Of a stretch of 64,000 nucleotides of DNA, positions 39,914 to 53,543 are shown one piece after another. Below the pieces are notes generated by a model. That model did not search any database and had not been told where the DNA came from. It worked only from the letters and a program-made list of their open reading frames with translations. Each line of letters opens with the position of its first letter. Position 1 is the first letter of the stretch. The stretch lies in the NCBI RefSeq assembly GCF_009914755.1, contig NC_060927.1. One strand, given 5' to 3'. The position numbers and the translations under genes were made by a program. This DNA is from the human T2T-CHM13v2.0 reference genome, Homo sapiens.

Positions 39914-41514
39914 CAGTCAGACGCAGGAGAATCAAACATTAGCAATGAGAAGTGGGAAAATCTATAAAGCAAGAATGAAGCTGAGTAACATGGCTCTTGA
40001 AAAGAAACAGTAACAAAGAGTAACTCCTTTAGAAAAAATAAATTGGTGGACTTTTTGCTTGTGTTTGTTTAGCAAAAGCAGGATGTATGAAGTGAAAGAA
40101 AAATGAAGCCAGGACAAAGGAACATATGTTAATCTACGCCTCTTTTCCAGCTATTTTATACCCCTTTATCCACACGAAGCCTGGTGGAAGGTACTGCAGG
40201 GAAGATGTGAATGACACCTTCTTGTGAAACAAGATCTTACAATTTATGTGATTTATTTAAAGACCACACCTTGAAAAAAGTTTATAGGAAGAGACAGACT
40301 TTGAAATCAACTTCTAAACATGCCTCCCTGCTGATGCCATGCCATGCTTCCTCTTGATAGCCTAGGTAATAGCAACAATTGTTACTGGCATTCATCACGG
40401 CAGATCAAATCAAGTGTTGAGGACTGGAATTCCTTTTCTAGGCTTTCTCCTTGTGCCTAGTCCCAGCCTTTGCAGGAGCCACCAAGTCATCACCAATAAA
40501 CACCAGGGATCTTCAGAAATGTATTTGAAAATCATTGATCTAATCTAGTCCAATACAATGTCACCTATTCTAACCAAGAAGGTGACGTGATCTGCCCATA
40601 TATTTAACTACTAAGCAGAGGGCTAGGATTTACAGTCAGATCTTCAAATGATTAGTACAACGTTCTTTCACATACCTCAAATTAGATGCGATTAGAACCA
40701 AGTGCAGCTAGATGCAGCCTTTGGATAGAATGTGTTGCGGCACTGAGAACTGAAGCAGGGAGGTGACTATGACTTTTAACATATTCTCCATGTTAGAAGA
40801 TCAATGAGTTGGAAAATATTAGAAATTGGCCTAAGTTTATGCAGTGAATAAATTGGTGGCAGATTGGCTCTGAAGTTCATATTTAAGCCACTATACTATG
40901 CTCTGAGTGCTAAATTAAATATTTAGTTTAATTCTTAACTTAGTAAATTTACTTAATTTTTTTATAGCAACATTTAAATTTTAAAGGTTGCTATTATCCA
41001 CCTATATTTTGTAAATTGCCTATTCATCTTTTACTGTATTTTTATTATGGGGTTTCAAACTCTATATCAATATTCAAATATTTTATTTTTATTCTGAAGG
41101 ATTTGCTAATTTTATGAACATGGATTTTTTTCCATTAGGACCTTTTTCTAAATAAAAAATTTAATATTTTGGAAATATTTTCATGTCATGAAAGCCAATA
41201 CTTTGTCATACTTTATTTTTAATTCCTATTTTATTTGAAATTTATTTGCTATAAAATAGGAAAGTAACTTATCTGAAAGGATCACTGAACAATCCTTGAA
41301 TAACTTGCTTAATTTCAATAATCTTTTTTCTTATTCACTTGTAATACAACCTGTATCAAATAATTCATTCTTAAACATCACAGAATCTGTTAATAGATGA
41401 GCTATGTTTCTTTCTCAATGGCCTATCTATAGATTTTTATGCCAGACTACCGTGCTATTATATATATTACTATTACTACTACCAACAATATTTTTGTTAT
41501 TGTTGATATTTTAT

Positions 41515-42075
41515 AAGGAATATAGAATAATGAGGTTAAGAATATGAACCCTGGAGTCAAGAATGCCTGTGTTCATACAGGCTTCAACATACAGGAATTT
41601 ATTAGTTATGTAATTTTGGGCAAATCAGAGAATGCCCACTTTCCTTAACTGCAAATGGGGATTAATAATGGTACAATTGGTCCTGGCAGTTCCACATCCA
41701 CAGATTCATTCAAATGCAACTGAACATTTTCAGAAAAAAGCACAATAAAAATAATACAAATAATACAATATAATGACAATTTACAGACATTTACATTGTA
41801 TTAGGTATCGTAAGTAATCAAGAGATGTTTTAAATTATATGGAAGGAGGTACATAGATTTTATGCAAATAAAACACCATTTTATATAAGGAATTTGAGTA
41901 CCCACAGATTTTAGACTGGGGATGAGAGGTTCTGGAATCAATCCCCCGAGGAAACTGAGGGATAGGATAACTGAATCTATCTCATAGGAGTTTGGTGAGG
42001 AATGAGTGAGTTAATATACCTAGAGCACAGGAGGTCACCTATGACATGTTAAGTACTATGTGAGTCTTAGTTATC
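41515..42075 (+). mobile_element. MIR SINE split by a MER2-type insertion
   Basis: 5' part gaggttaagaatatgaaccctggagtcaag...tgcaaatggggattaataatggta; resumes after the insert as atctatctcataggagtttggtgaggaatgagtgagttaata. Confidence 0.8.
41674..41973. mobile_element. MER2/MER2B (TcMar-Tigger) MITE
   Basis: TA|caattggtcct...ttccacatccacagattca...catttacattgtattaggtat...gttctggaatcaatccccc...gagggat...actg. Confidence 0.88.
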
Positions 42076-42230
42076 ATTTTATTTCATTACTCCAAACCAT
42101 TAATTTAATTCACTTTAGAATAATTATGAAAAGTTCTAGAAATTATTAGTTTTGAAGTTGGTTGGAAAAGGAGTAATATTTGTAAATTAAGTTGGAAAGA
42201 ACTGATATATTTATAATATTCATGAAATAA

Positions 42231-42575
<345 letters not shown>

Positions 42576-42699
42576 AATTTTTTCATAGAAATTATGGAAT
42601 TCTATTTAAAGTCTGTTGCCATATTCAAAGATACATTTTATTTTTCTTTGTATTTTTTATCTGCTTTTTTGTTAGGTGGAGAAATTATTGATTTTTTTC

Positions 42700-42851
42700 C
42701 AACTTTTTTGTGGTAAAACATACATATAAAGTTTACCATCTTAACCAGTTTGAAGTGTACTATTCAGTAGTAGAAAACATATATTCATAATGTTGTACAA
42801 TCATCACTACCATCTATCTCCATAACCCTTTTCATCTTGTAAAACTGAAAA
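42700..42851 (-). mobile_element. L1MB-like 3' end fragment
   Basis: tgtggtaaaacatacatataaagtttaccatcttaacc...gttgtacaatcatcactaccatctatctccataac...aaaactgaaa. Confidence 0.8.
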
Positions 42852-43399
42852 TATTGATTTTTAAATATTTAATTGATAAAAGCCAAATATCTAAACATCT
42901 TTATTATTAGTCCAAGTGACGCCTTGGTGTTGCTGTTATTGTTGTAGATTTTCTTAGGGTTTCCATGTAGTCAGCTTTTATATAAATAAAAATAATTTTT
43001 ATCTCTTTCTTTCCAGTTCACTAAACTTCATGCCTTACTTCATTTCCCGAAATACACCAAACAAAAAGTTTCTCATAGCAGCCATCTGCAGCTTGTTTCT
43101 CATTTAATAAAATTGCTCCTAGGTTCTCACTTTAAAGAGTAATGTTATCTATTGATTTTCTTTAACCCATAAGAAAGAATTTAACAATAATATAGTTTAA
43201 ATGGCATCAAACAACCTTTTGGAGATTTGTTGAGGTGAACATACAGATTTTATTATTTGACTGAATAATTATATAAGACAATTATCTGTATTAAATTATG
43301 CATGCCTAGAATAAGCTCATCTTTAATAATATACATTATATTTATATATTGATAAAATTGATTTGTTCTTTTATTTAGGAGTTTTGTATCTCTGTGGTA

Positions 43400-43816
43400 T
43401 TTTTTGTTTATTTACTTGCTATTTTGTTTATTTACTTTAATTGACAAATACAAATTGCATATAATTGTCATATACAACAAGATGCTTTGAAATATGTAAA
43501 AATGCTGGAATGGCTAAATCGAATTAATCAGTATAAGCCTATTTCACGTACTGGCCAGTTTTTGTAGTGAGAACATTTAAAATGCACTCTCTTAGTAATT
43601 TCAAGATTACAATGCATTTTTATTAACTGTAGTCATCATATTGTACAATAAACTTCTTGAAATTATTCCTCTTACCTTACTGACATCTTCTATCGTTTGA
43701 TGCACATCTCCCCAGCTCTCCTACCTGCAACTGCAGCCCCTGGTAATCGCCATTCTTCTCTCTGCTTCTTAGAGCTTAACGTTCTAAGATTCCACATATA
43801 AGTGAAATCAGGCAGT
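43400..43816 (-). mobile_element. L1MA(7-9)-like 3' end fragment within older degenerate L1M sequence (about 41000-44400)
   Basis: ttaattgacaaatacaaattgcatata...tggaatggctaaatc...gtgagaacatttaaaat...agattccacatataagtgaaatcaggcagt. Confidence 0.85.
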
Positions 43817-46739
43817 AAAGTTTTGGTATTACGGTTATGTAGCTTCGTAACAGTAGGTTAGGGGGGCTTTGCTTTTCCTAAAATTTTATTTTTCTGGGCT
43901 TAAAAAATGTTAATATGAGAATTAACTTCACTTTTGCATTTTCATGTAATCTGTCTATAAAACCATGCAGGGCAAGAGCCTTTTAAGAGATAATTCTATG
44001 GTACTTTATTTTCTATTTTTCAATATTTACTAATTCAATCTTTAAGTAAATTTTTATAATTATATTTTTCTAAGAAACTCATCCAATGTGTTAAGATTTT
44101 CAAATGTATCAAAATGGCCTTCACGAAGTAAATTTTATGTAGTTTTTAATCTCCATATCAATATAGTCCCTTTATTATTCATGATTTTGCATATTTTATT
44201 TTCTATTTTTTATTGAAATTGCCAGACATGTGGCTATTATTGCTGATTTTATCCAAGGATTTTCTATACTCCTTCTGTTTTCAGTTAATTAATTTCTGCT
44301 GCCATTTTGCTATCTCTTTCCTTCTGTTTTTCTCTTTGTATTCAAAATGTGTAAATGATTTTAATGAAAATGTGATTTAATGCATTTTTATAAAAATAAC
44401 ATTACCCAGTTATTTAATTGAATTTGGTTTTATAAATGAATATAAATTGTTTTTAAAATATGTTAAATTCTAATATTTCCATTGAATATAAATTATAATT
44501 TCTAGTTCATTTAGTTTTTAATATAGTCACATAGGATTCAAAATGTTTCACAAACAGGTTTCAAAAGACTTACATAGGTGCTACCAGTAAATCTGAAGAA
44601 ATCACTTCACAAAATCGCCAGAAATAGTCTTCTGATACCTATTCAGCTGCCATCTTGTTTTTAAAAAGGATTTTAAAGATCCTGTGAACTTTACTTGTGA
44701 CTTAGTACTCCATACAATAAATATCAAAATAATATTCACATTTTATATATTAGAATATCATAACTAAATGAAATATCAGAAAATTAGAATATCTACAGCT
44801 AAAATCCCAAAAGTAATGGGACTTTAGTACTCACTTCGATTCCTTAATTTTTTAGATGAAGAAATTGTGGCTTAAATAACTAAAGAGGTTAACCATTCAT
44901 TCATTCATCCAGTTGTATTCTGTGAGGCAAGTGTATCACACACCATGTTGAAATTGGGACAGGAAGAATGTGGGAACAATGATGAGCACATGACTGCTGA
45001 GTTCTAAGGGAGCTCAATGTGGTGAGTCTCATATAACCATATGCACTCATCATCCTGTTTTATTTTCTTCATTTAGCTGCAAATAATCTTATTTGCTTAC
45101 TTGTCTATCCCACTACCTTTTATGGTGAGATGCACAGAGAAAATAAGGGCCTTGTTTATTACCCAATGTACAGAACAGCTCCTAGTGTATAACAAGAGCT
45201 CAATGAATGTTTGCTCAGTTAATCAACAAAGGGATTGATTGGGCCTGGAGGGTACATGGAAGTCAGTGGTACTACTGAGGTACGTCTTAGACAACAAATT
45301 TCTCACCAGAACAGGCAGCAAATATCAGGACTTCAAAACTAAGATGACAGAGCAGGCACTACCAGTGGAATGGCACCTCTTCATCATTTCTATAGTTTAA
45401 AGGGTGTAGGAAAGAGAGGGGAGAAAAGACACAAGAAAGAGAAGGGGCCTCAGATATCAAACCTGGGAGTGCTGACTTTATCCTCCTAACTTTTCAGAGA
45501 TTTTTTTTTTTTAAGAGACAGCAGGGTAGACGGATGTGGGTTTTAGAAAGATCACTTTGGTAGCTGTTTTGGGAATAAATTGGGGGGAGATTATAAGGTC
45601 ACATTGACGGTTACCAGTGGAGTTGCAGCTGAAATATTTTTTCCACTGTACATCATCTCATCTCCTAGGAGCAAACTCCTTTTTGATTTAGATTGAAAAA
45701 GAGAGACAGACATTCGTTTGGTCAATTAAGGGCCTAATTTTGTAGGATTCCTGGAGGTTTATCTATCAGATAGTTTAGAAAGGTAAAAGGAAACCACTGT
45801 AACTAATAGGTGTCAGTGCTTAGATCCCAGATGTTTAGTGTCTTCAAAGATAAAAGGCTTGTTAACAGTAAGGATAGAGGCTGCAGATAACAGACAGATC
45901 AGCCCTGTTATCTCTGCATGGCACTTTTTTCTGAGTTTTTTTTTTTTTTTAAATCTTACTTTGTTAAAATAGTTATATTTACTTTTCAAAAAAAGAAAGC
46001 ATTTACTTTTGAAAAATAAAAACTGGCTATTAGCAATTGAAATAATTTTTGTGTGTAGGCCTTTGTTCATTTGGAAGGAGTTTTGGGTGTGGAGATCAAG
46101 AGATATCTTCCTAACACACAACAAAAATACATAACCCATTGAAGGGGAGATAGTGTCTTTATAAGCCTCTGCTTTAATTCGTTTTTAATTTACACCCATA
46201 CTCATTTTAAAAGATTTACAAAGCTTTATATGACAATTAGTTTGGGTAACTAAAAAATAATCAATAGTCATTCCATTTTCTATTGCAGTTATAAATTTAT
46301 TCTGAGAACATATCAACATCCATATAAAGCGAAAATATGACACAAAATGAACCTCTATCAATCCTATTTGAGCATCTTCCAAATTTTCTTTTTTTTCACG
46401 TTGCCAGTTAAAATTCACCCAAATGGAGTACCTGAACTTCACTGAAATCAGTGTTGAGTTGATTTTTTAAAAATAGCATTATAGAATTTATTCAAGAATT
46501 ATTATCTAACATACTGGTGTTTTAAGAAAAAGAACACTGGATTTCTGTGTTACATATACTGGTAACTTGTGGGAGTCAGTCACTTTTAGTAAGTAAAGGA
46601 TATGTGAAAGATGAATAAGAATAAGATAGCTTCAATATTTTTATCAATGGACATCATTAATTTCTCCAAATACTGATTTTTTTAATTTCACTATGTCAGA
46701 TTTTAAACTCATAAATCAACTTAGATATTGCATTACTTA

Positions 46740-46885
46740 ATAGTTATCTGCTACTATATTTATCTCCTTTACAAATAGATCATGAGCTTCTTGAGGACAG
46801 AAGTTTTGTCCAATGATTTGCCTAGCACTTAGTGCAATGTCTTGGACATAGTTGGTACTTAGTAAAGTTTATGGACAAATAATTT
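46740..46885 (+). mobile_element. L2 3' end fragment
   Basis: tagatcatgagcttcttgaggacagaag...cctagcacttagtgcaatgtcttggacatagttggtacttagtaaagtttatgg. Confidence 0.7.
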
Positions 46886-47441
46886 CAGGTACATCATATG
46901 TAAGCAATTTTATTCTATTACAGCATCTTGGCACCAGAAGAAACCATCAAAATTATCTAGTCTAACTCTACCATTTTACAGAAAAAGGAATTCCTGTTCA
47001 GAGAGGCAAGGTACCTATTTGATGAGCACAAAGCTCCCCAGGTCTCTCAAATCTTATTCCAATTTTTCTAGTTTAGAAAATCTGAGATTTCTGAGTATTA
47101 TATCTTTGATAACAGGAAATGAGCTTCAAGGTGTGCTATGATACATATACATTCAATTCAATATTCAGGTGTCAGAAACCGGGTATCAGGAGTCCAAATT
47201 AAGACATATAGAGAGGCTGAACACTAACTCAGTGATACATGTTCTGCTTTTCAAAGTCTCCACTACCTTTCTGTAGGGGAACACCTTGGCTTCTATGTCA
47301 CATAGAAAGTGTAGCCATATCGGAGAGTATAACATAATAAGAACTATTATTCTAGATTTCTGATACAAAAATATCTATAATTTGTAAGTAAAATTCTCTA
47401 ATGAGAACATCAAAAGAGTTGCGTGGAAAACAGGTGTTACT

Positions 47442-47830
47442 TGTGGCAGAGACTGCTATTTACCAATGTGCTTCCGCTTCTTCCTGGAACACAGCTGGGC
47501 CCCATTTCCCAGTGTTCATGGCTTTGAGGTGTAACCATCTGATTTAGTTTAACCAGTTGAATGCAACCAGAAATGAGGTACAGCGCTACCAGGATTTAGC
47601 ATAAAACTGACCTGTTTGCTCATTCTGATATACAGATTCCTAGGACAATCTTCTAAGTGACATGTTAAAGTTACCAGGGACATCAGTAGCCTCAGTCATG
47701 AGTGACTGTGAGGATCAAGGGCTGCCTGTTGACCTGAAACTCCCTTGAACTATGGATGAGACACACAATGCCATTGTTTTCAGCCTCTTGAATATTGCAG
47801 AGACATTTGTTCCAGGAATTAGTGTTACTT
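47442..47830 (+). mobile_element. MLT1J-like LTR
   Basis: tgtggcagagactgct...cttcttcctggaacacagctgggccccatttcccag...gagtgactgtgagg...ttgttttcagcctcttgaatattg. Confidence 0.75.
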
Positions 47831-48044
47831 TTCTCTCAAATTTCTGTGATAGAGAAAAATACATCATTCCTATCGGCTAGAAAGCATTCAACATCTGGAC
47901 TATGGAGTGACAAAATGAGTATACTCTACACACTGACTTTCTTCACATTTGCTCGTAGATATACAAGCATCTAGCATAGAGAGTATTCATTTAACGTCAC
48001 CACCATAAGCTAATTAAGATTCCATTGTGCCTCATCCTGCAGGG

Positions 48045-48230
48045 CAATGGTTCTCTAATGTTGGTGTTTATCAGAATCACCTTGCAGGCTTATTAAGCCA
48101 GATTATTCACCCTTTTTTCCAGAGTTTCTGATTTTACTGGCCTTGGATACAGTCTGATAATTTGAATTTGTAACAGATTCCAGATGATGCCCTTGCAGCC
48201 AGTCCAGGGACTACCCTTTGAGATGCGCAG
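48045..48230. mobile_element. MER5A-like hAT-Charlie MITE
   Basis: caatggttctctaa...atcagaatcaccttg...ccagagtttctgatt...taacagattccagatgatgc...tccagggactaccctttgaga. Confidence 0.85.
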
Positions 48231-49384
48231 CTATAGGGCTTCTAGATTACTCCAAAAAATGTTACCTGATATTTTCACACACTGGCCATCTGTAACGAGT
48301 TAGCATCCTCTGGAAGTGGTACTATCTGTGTAGCAATACACCTGATGCAATTCTGAAAGGGAGACAATGGCAGGATCTAACTGCAGCTGCTTAGCTAATA
48401 AGGAGGTGTTTCTCACTGTCAAAATTGTCAAAAACAGCACTTGTGTTCTGATGGAGTGCAGCCTATTTGGAGTTGGAAAAATTAGCTGACAGGTAAGTCA
48501 AGTCTTCCTTATGGAATTAAAGGTAAGGTTAAAGCTCATCTGAAGATGAGAAGAGGAAATGAGATGTTGAAGAAAAAAAATATCCGTAGGGCACAGACCT
48601 GCAGAAATAAGACATCATTGTTAAAGATTTACCAGAGGAAAAAACAGAATCTCACCCTGGCACGAGGGGAAGCAGCCAGCCAGTTCACCACCAGAAATCC
48701 ATCAGAAGTTGTTGCAAAAATAAATAAATAAATAAATCAACTCCAGCCCAAAGAGAAAGGCATCTCTCTGCTATAGCACAACTTTACCTTCCAGGTGTCA
48801 CCAAGATCATTTACTTCAGATGGCAGCAACTTTCTGACTGCTCCAATTTGTTGATATTTTGTCTGCAAGACAGTGGTATCAGCCTGGAAGGGGTGCTTCC
48901 AGCCATGCAGCTTGGCCAGGCAGGGCATGTGCAGAGACAGACTGACAGCAAGATTCCTGTGCAGCAGCTATGTGATGAGGTGGAGTGGGACCTATGCAAG
49001 CCGGGAGGATGAAGTCAGTCTTCAAAGATCCACTGAAGCCAAACTTCAAATATAGTGGCAGAGCTGTGGATTACTGGGGGGAAAAAACCCTGACAGACAG
49101 GCAAGTCTTGTTTACAAGGCTCTAGGAAAGAAAAGCCTTCAAAGCAGAGGCTTGGAGAGACATAGAATCTAAGAAGCAGACTTGGATAAACATTGACAGT
49201 GCTGTAAACAACCAATCACATCTTTATTTGGAAAAGCAAGTAAAGGTTACACATCAGTCTCTTTAGCTGAATTAAAGGACAATAATTATTGTTTGCAACA
49301 TCCTCAAGGTAAAGGATCACAAACTGAAAATTTTAAAGGAAAATACTACTAAAGGAACATTGTATTAAAATGATACATATATTT

Positions 49385-49510
49385 AATAATAATGAGAGTC
49401 TATATTTATATAGTGCTCTGAAGTGTTTCAAATAATGTTATCTCAACTAATCTTCAAAATGACCCTATGAGGTAGGCACATTAGCCCTATTTTACAAATG
49501 AGACGGTTCT
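49385..49510 (-). mobile_element. MIR 3' part
   Basis: ttatctcaactaatcttcaaaatgaccctatgaggtaggcacattagccctattttacaaatgag. Confidence 0.7.
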
Positions 49511-49799
49511 GGCATTAATATCCAAAATTTCCAACTTCACTAATTTCTTCTCACTTCAGAAGTCTTTACATCCTAACCCAAACAATATATCAAATCTAAT
49601 CTGCAGTAAACAGCGTCCAAGAAAATCACATTTTGCAATTGTCCTCTGCAGTATAGCAAATATATTAAATAGATGCTTTTTTCACAATGGCATTTGAAAC
49701 CGCCTTCTTAATATGAATGGAAAATTTTAGACAAGTACTGGGATTCACCAAAGAAAAGAGCATCTGCTGGGCTGAATGCTGCCTGGAAGACTGACCTTA

Positions 49800-49853
49800 C
49801 TTATTCAAAATATTATATATGCATATATATACACACATAATATTTTGAATAAG
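49800..49853. repeat. 54-bp palindrome (17-bp perfect arms, near-palindromic 20-bp spacer)
   Basis: CTTATTCAAAATATTAT (49800-49816) and ATAATATTTTGAATAAG (49837-49853) are exact reverse complements. Confidence 0.95.
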
Positions 49854-49854
49854 G

Positions 49855-50173
49855 TGTGTATATATACATAGTAAATATATATATATATTTACGCAAGAAA
49901 GCTATATGTATACATAGTATATATGTGTATATATGTGTGTATATATACTATATATGATATATACACTGTATACATATACATATACATATATTCACATATA
50001 TACAGACATATGTGTCTATAGATACATATATATATACAGACACATATGTGTCTATAGATACATATATATATACAGACACATATGTGTCTATAGATACATA
50101 TATATACAGACACATATGTGTCTATAGATACATATATATATACAGACACACACGTGTGTGTATGTGTGTGTAT
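49855..50173. repeat. (TA/CA)-rich microsatellite grading into a 34-36 bp minisatellite (about 4.5 copies)
   Basis: Unit CAGACACATATGTGTCTATAGATACATATATATATA starting at 50003, 50037, 50073, 50107 and partially at 50143. Confidence 0.95.
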
Positions 50174-50325
50174 GATTTTTCTCTCTCTCTCACAATGTCA
50201 AACAGTCCCTCTCCTATAGCAGCTGGTATTAAAAGGTGAACCCTTGTATTACAAACCTGCCTCTCTCCAGAGTTTTGCTCTGTAAATGTTGCCTGCCTTG
50301 TTTGTGGGGGCTATACAACTACACT

Positions 50326-50385
50326 GCACCAGCAGCAGCAGCACCATAGCCATCACTATCATCATTGTCATTATCATCATCATTC
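50326..50385. repeat. (CAG)n grading to (CAT)n degenerate triplet repeat
   Basis: caccagcagcagcagcaccatagccatcactatcatcattgtcattatcatcatcatt. Confidence 0.8.
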
Positions 50386-50645
50386 TTTCCCACCTATCTC
50401 TGCAAATACTTTTACATCTAATGGCGCTCATTTAAACCAGAACAAACACCAGAGAAGGTGGGTTAGTTAACTCAGTACACAAAGGCTATTTAGAGCCATG
50501 AATGAAAATCCAGAAATACTGAAGATCTCTTAGAACCTTCATTAACAGATAATGGTTATATATACGGGGATACTTGGAAAGATGGATAGGCAATCCTTAT
50601 TTATCTTTACAAAATTATGTTCATATAAATACTGCTCTTTATATA

Positions 50646-50800
50646 GAAGCAGTGTAGCATAGTGGTTAAGTCTGTTGATTCTGAAGCCAGACTACCTAGG
50701 TTGAAAACCCAGCTCTGCCACTTTAGCTGTGTTACATTAGACAGCTTAAACTGCCAGTACTTCATTTTCTTCACCTGTAACATACTAACAATAATAGTAT
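50646..50800 (+). mobile_element. MIR SINE
   Basis: gcagtgtagcatagtggttaag...tctgaagccagactacctaggttgaaaacccagctctgccactttagctgtgt. Confidence 0.88.
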
Positions 50801-53543
50801 AAGAACAGGTGAATCAGTTTGACCCACTGTGTAAGTATTTGTATTAGTATTATTTTTAAATTGCTATAGCCACGGCTTGCAGAATCTTTCAGTGGAGCTT
50901 AGCCTCCATGACTTTTGGATACCATTAAGCCTCTGTTCACAATCTGTTACTCCATCCCCACCAACTATTTTCCAAGTAGACTAGTGTTGTGCTATTAGAA
51001 TTCTGTGCTGGTTTTGAGAGGCCAATATGATGAGACCATTCCTAAACCTTTTTTCACATGGGGATGAAGAGTGAATTTCTAAATATTTCTAAATAGAAAT
51101 CAAAGGTGATAGAAAAATGGTACTATCTGCTTTCATCTATGAAAAGACAAATTCTGGGGTCTCAGTTTGTGTCAGAAATCATTTTTAAGATATCTCACTA
51201 TATTACCATATACTATAAAATGGGCTGGTACTCTGTTATGGGACTTTTGGAGGAGTCAATTTACATGAGTAACTGAAAAGCTATATAGGAATAAGTCTAC
51301 CTCTAAAAAAAAGATTCCAGTTGAAAAAGCTGATTATAAAAAAAAAATGAAGATTTCAGGGGCATCGTTGTTGGGGGAAACAGCTGCAATTTTGATGATG
51401 AATGAAATGCTCCCTGACCCAACTCCATAAAATCATATTTGAATCTCTTGGGTGCTTGAAAGTTGTTGGCAGTTAGGGGAGGGGGCACATTAATAAGAAA
51501 TGAGTTTTCAAAAACTCAACAGAGGATACTGAAAGGTTAAGAGAGCATTTGGTATAATCACAAAACATAGCTCAAATTGCAGTAGAAAGTACTTAGCCTA
51601 TTTCAACAAGGTGATCAATTATTGGAACATGTATGATTTCAACACGACTCAGAAGGAGCAATTGAAGAGCTCTAAACAGGGGAGACTTGGAAACCATTGA
51701 CAGGAACAAGGCATAGGACAACATATGATAGTTAAGATGACTACAGGAGAGAGCACACACAGAATATGTTCCATAACTTATTCCTTCTGCTATGTTCAGA
51801 AACAAATCACTAAACTCTTTTTTTTATTGAGAAAAACTAAGCCACAGAATTTTTAAGAATAATGATCTCCTTGAGTCATAATAATGAATTTGGAATATTA
51901 TATAATGTGAAATTTCTTAGTCCTATCTGCTCTGGGGATCTCCTATTTTACAAAGGAGGGATTTGAAAGAGATTAGACAGATCCTAAATTTGGGGATAGA
52001 ACCCAAGAAAATATTATTTATTATTATTATGGCTAACTTTTGAAAAAGCCATAAAGGTATAATGTACTCCATTAAAGCATTCACATTCTCACCTGCTCAC
52101 TCCTTTTTTGGACAGCTATATACATTGCAGGGTGTTTAACTCAAATGAGCACAGGAGTAACTGGTAATGGGACTAGATATTTCTGTAGATAATTGTGTTA
52201 CCCTCATGTGATTTTGATGCCATTGTTTAGTGATAGGCTTTAGTGTACCTTAGCAAGTGATGAGATCTTTGAAGTTAGCATACTTGGGGTTATGAATTAA
52301 AATTTACATTGCTTTCAATGTATACAAGCATTATATAAAGAATATTGCCAAGCCTTGTATATATTTGAAAAACACTAAAAAAATGGAGCACTTGAAATGA
52401 CTTCTTATAATCTCCTCCAATCCCTTCATTGCATATGATGAAATTAAATCCAGGAGATGTTAAGTGACTTTCCTAAATAACCTGTGTGACAGAGCCCACT
52501 TTGAATCTGGCTATTCAGTTTTTCCCTGAACATGATACTGACTTACGTGTTGGTGAAAGAATATTAAGAGTCACTCTGTCTCGATGTAGAAAACCAATTT
52601 CTATGAGCCTAGTTAGGGGTCAGTAGCAATTGCTTAAAACTGGAGACAATAGTATCTACACATTTAGAGTGGGGGCAATGGGAATGAAGAAATTCAGACA
52701 TATTCAAAAAATGCTCATAATTGCTTGGGGAAGAGGAAGTAATGGACAGAAGGAGACAGAGCATTTGAAATAAGAAGATAAAGTATACTAGTGTTAAAAG
52801 TATGGATACATTAATTTCACGGGATGCTTGTGGCTGAAATTCTATACCCAAATTAACATGTTGGAACTGAGAGAGACAATAATTTCCTTTATTATGATAT
52901 GAAACTAGTTTTCCTTAAAACTGACACCAAAAGCAGATATTAACAATGAGGCTTCTTTATTATTTAATGAAAACTAGAAGTAAAAAACAAACACTAGAAT
53001 TTTTTTTTTAATGACTGATAAAAAGGTGTTTATAACTGCTCCCTATGATAGACATTTGCAGCATGAATTAGAAAGTGGGGCCTGGGGAGACAGGAGTCTG
53101 ACAAAAGTAGCTGCAGAAATTAGCTGTGTGTAACAAAATTCAACCCCACATCCTGGTGGTAGAGGGAAATCCAAAGAAATCAATCAAAAATGTTATTTAA
53201 TTTTAGAAAAGGGGACAGTGATAAAATGACATCATTAGTAAAGAAAAACTACAAATAAATATATATAATGCACAAGATATCTTAAAGGTCTTAAAAACTT
53301 CTTCAAGCCTTGAGTAAATGTGGGTCTTGGAAAAAAAATAAAGGCAAAGCTTGTAAAATGTCATTTATTAGCAATAGGTAAACTACGAGAGGTATTCAAA
53401 GGCAAAGGGAAAACATAAAAAATACAGAATATACATATTAAAAAAAAATAAGGAGGGCCACAAAATACTTCAAATATAGCTTGAGTCCCAAAATAAATGT
53501 GGAAGTGGTATACATGACAGTTTAAAGAGCCTAATAAAAGTTG

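Noticed and set aside
49889-50239. ORFs with periodic Y/I/C/V/T peptides; spaced-repeat look
   Set aside because: Translation of the minisatellite. No unique spacers, so not CRISPR-like.
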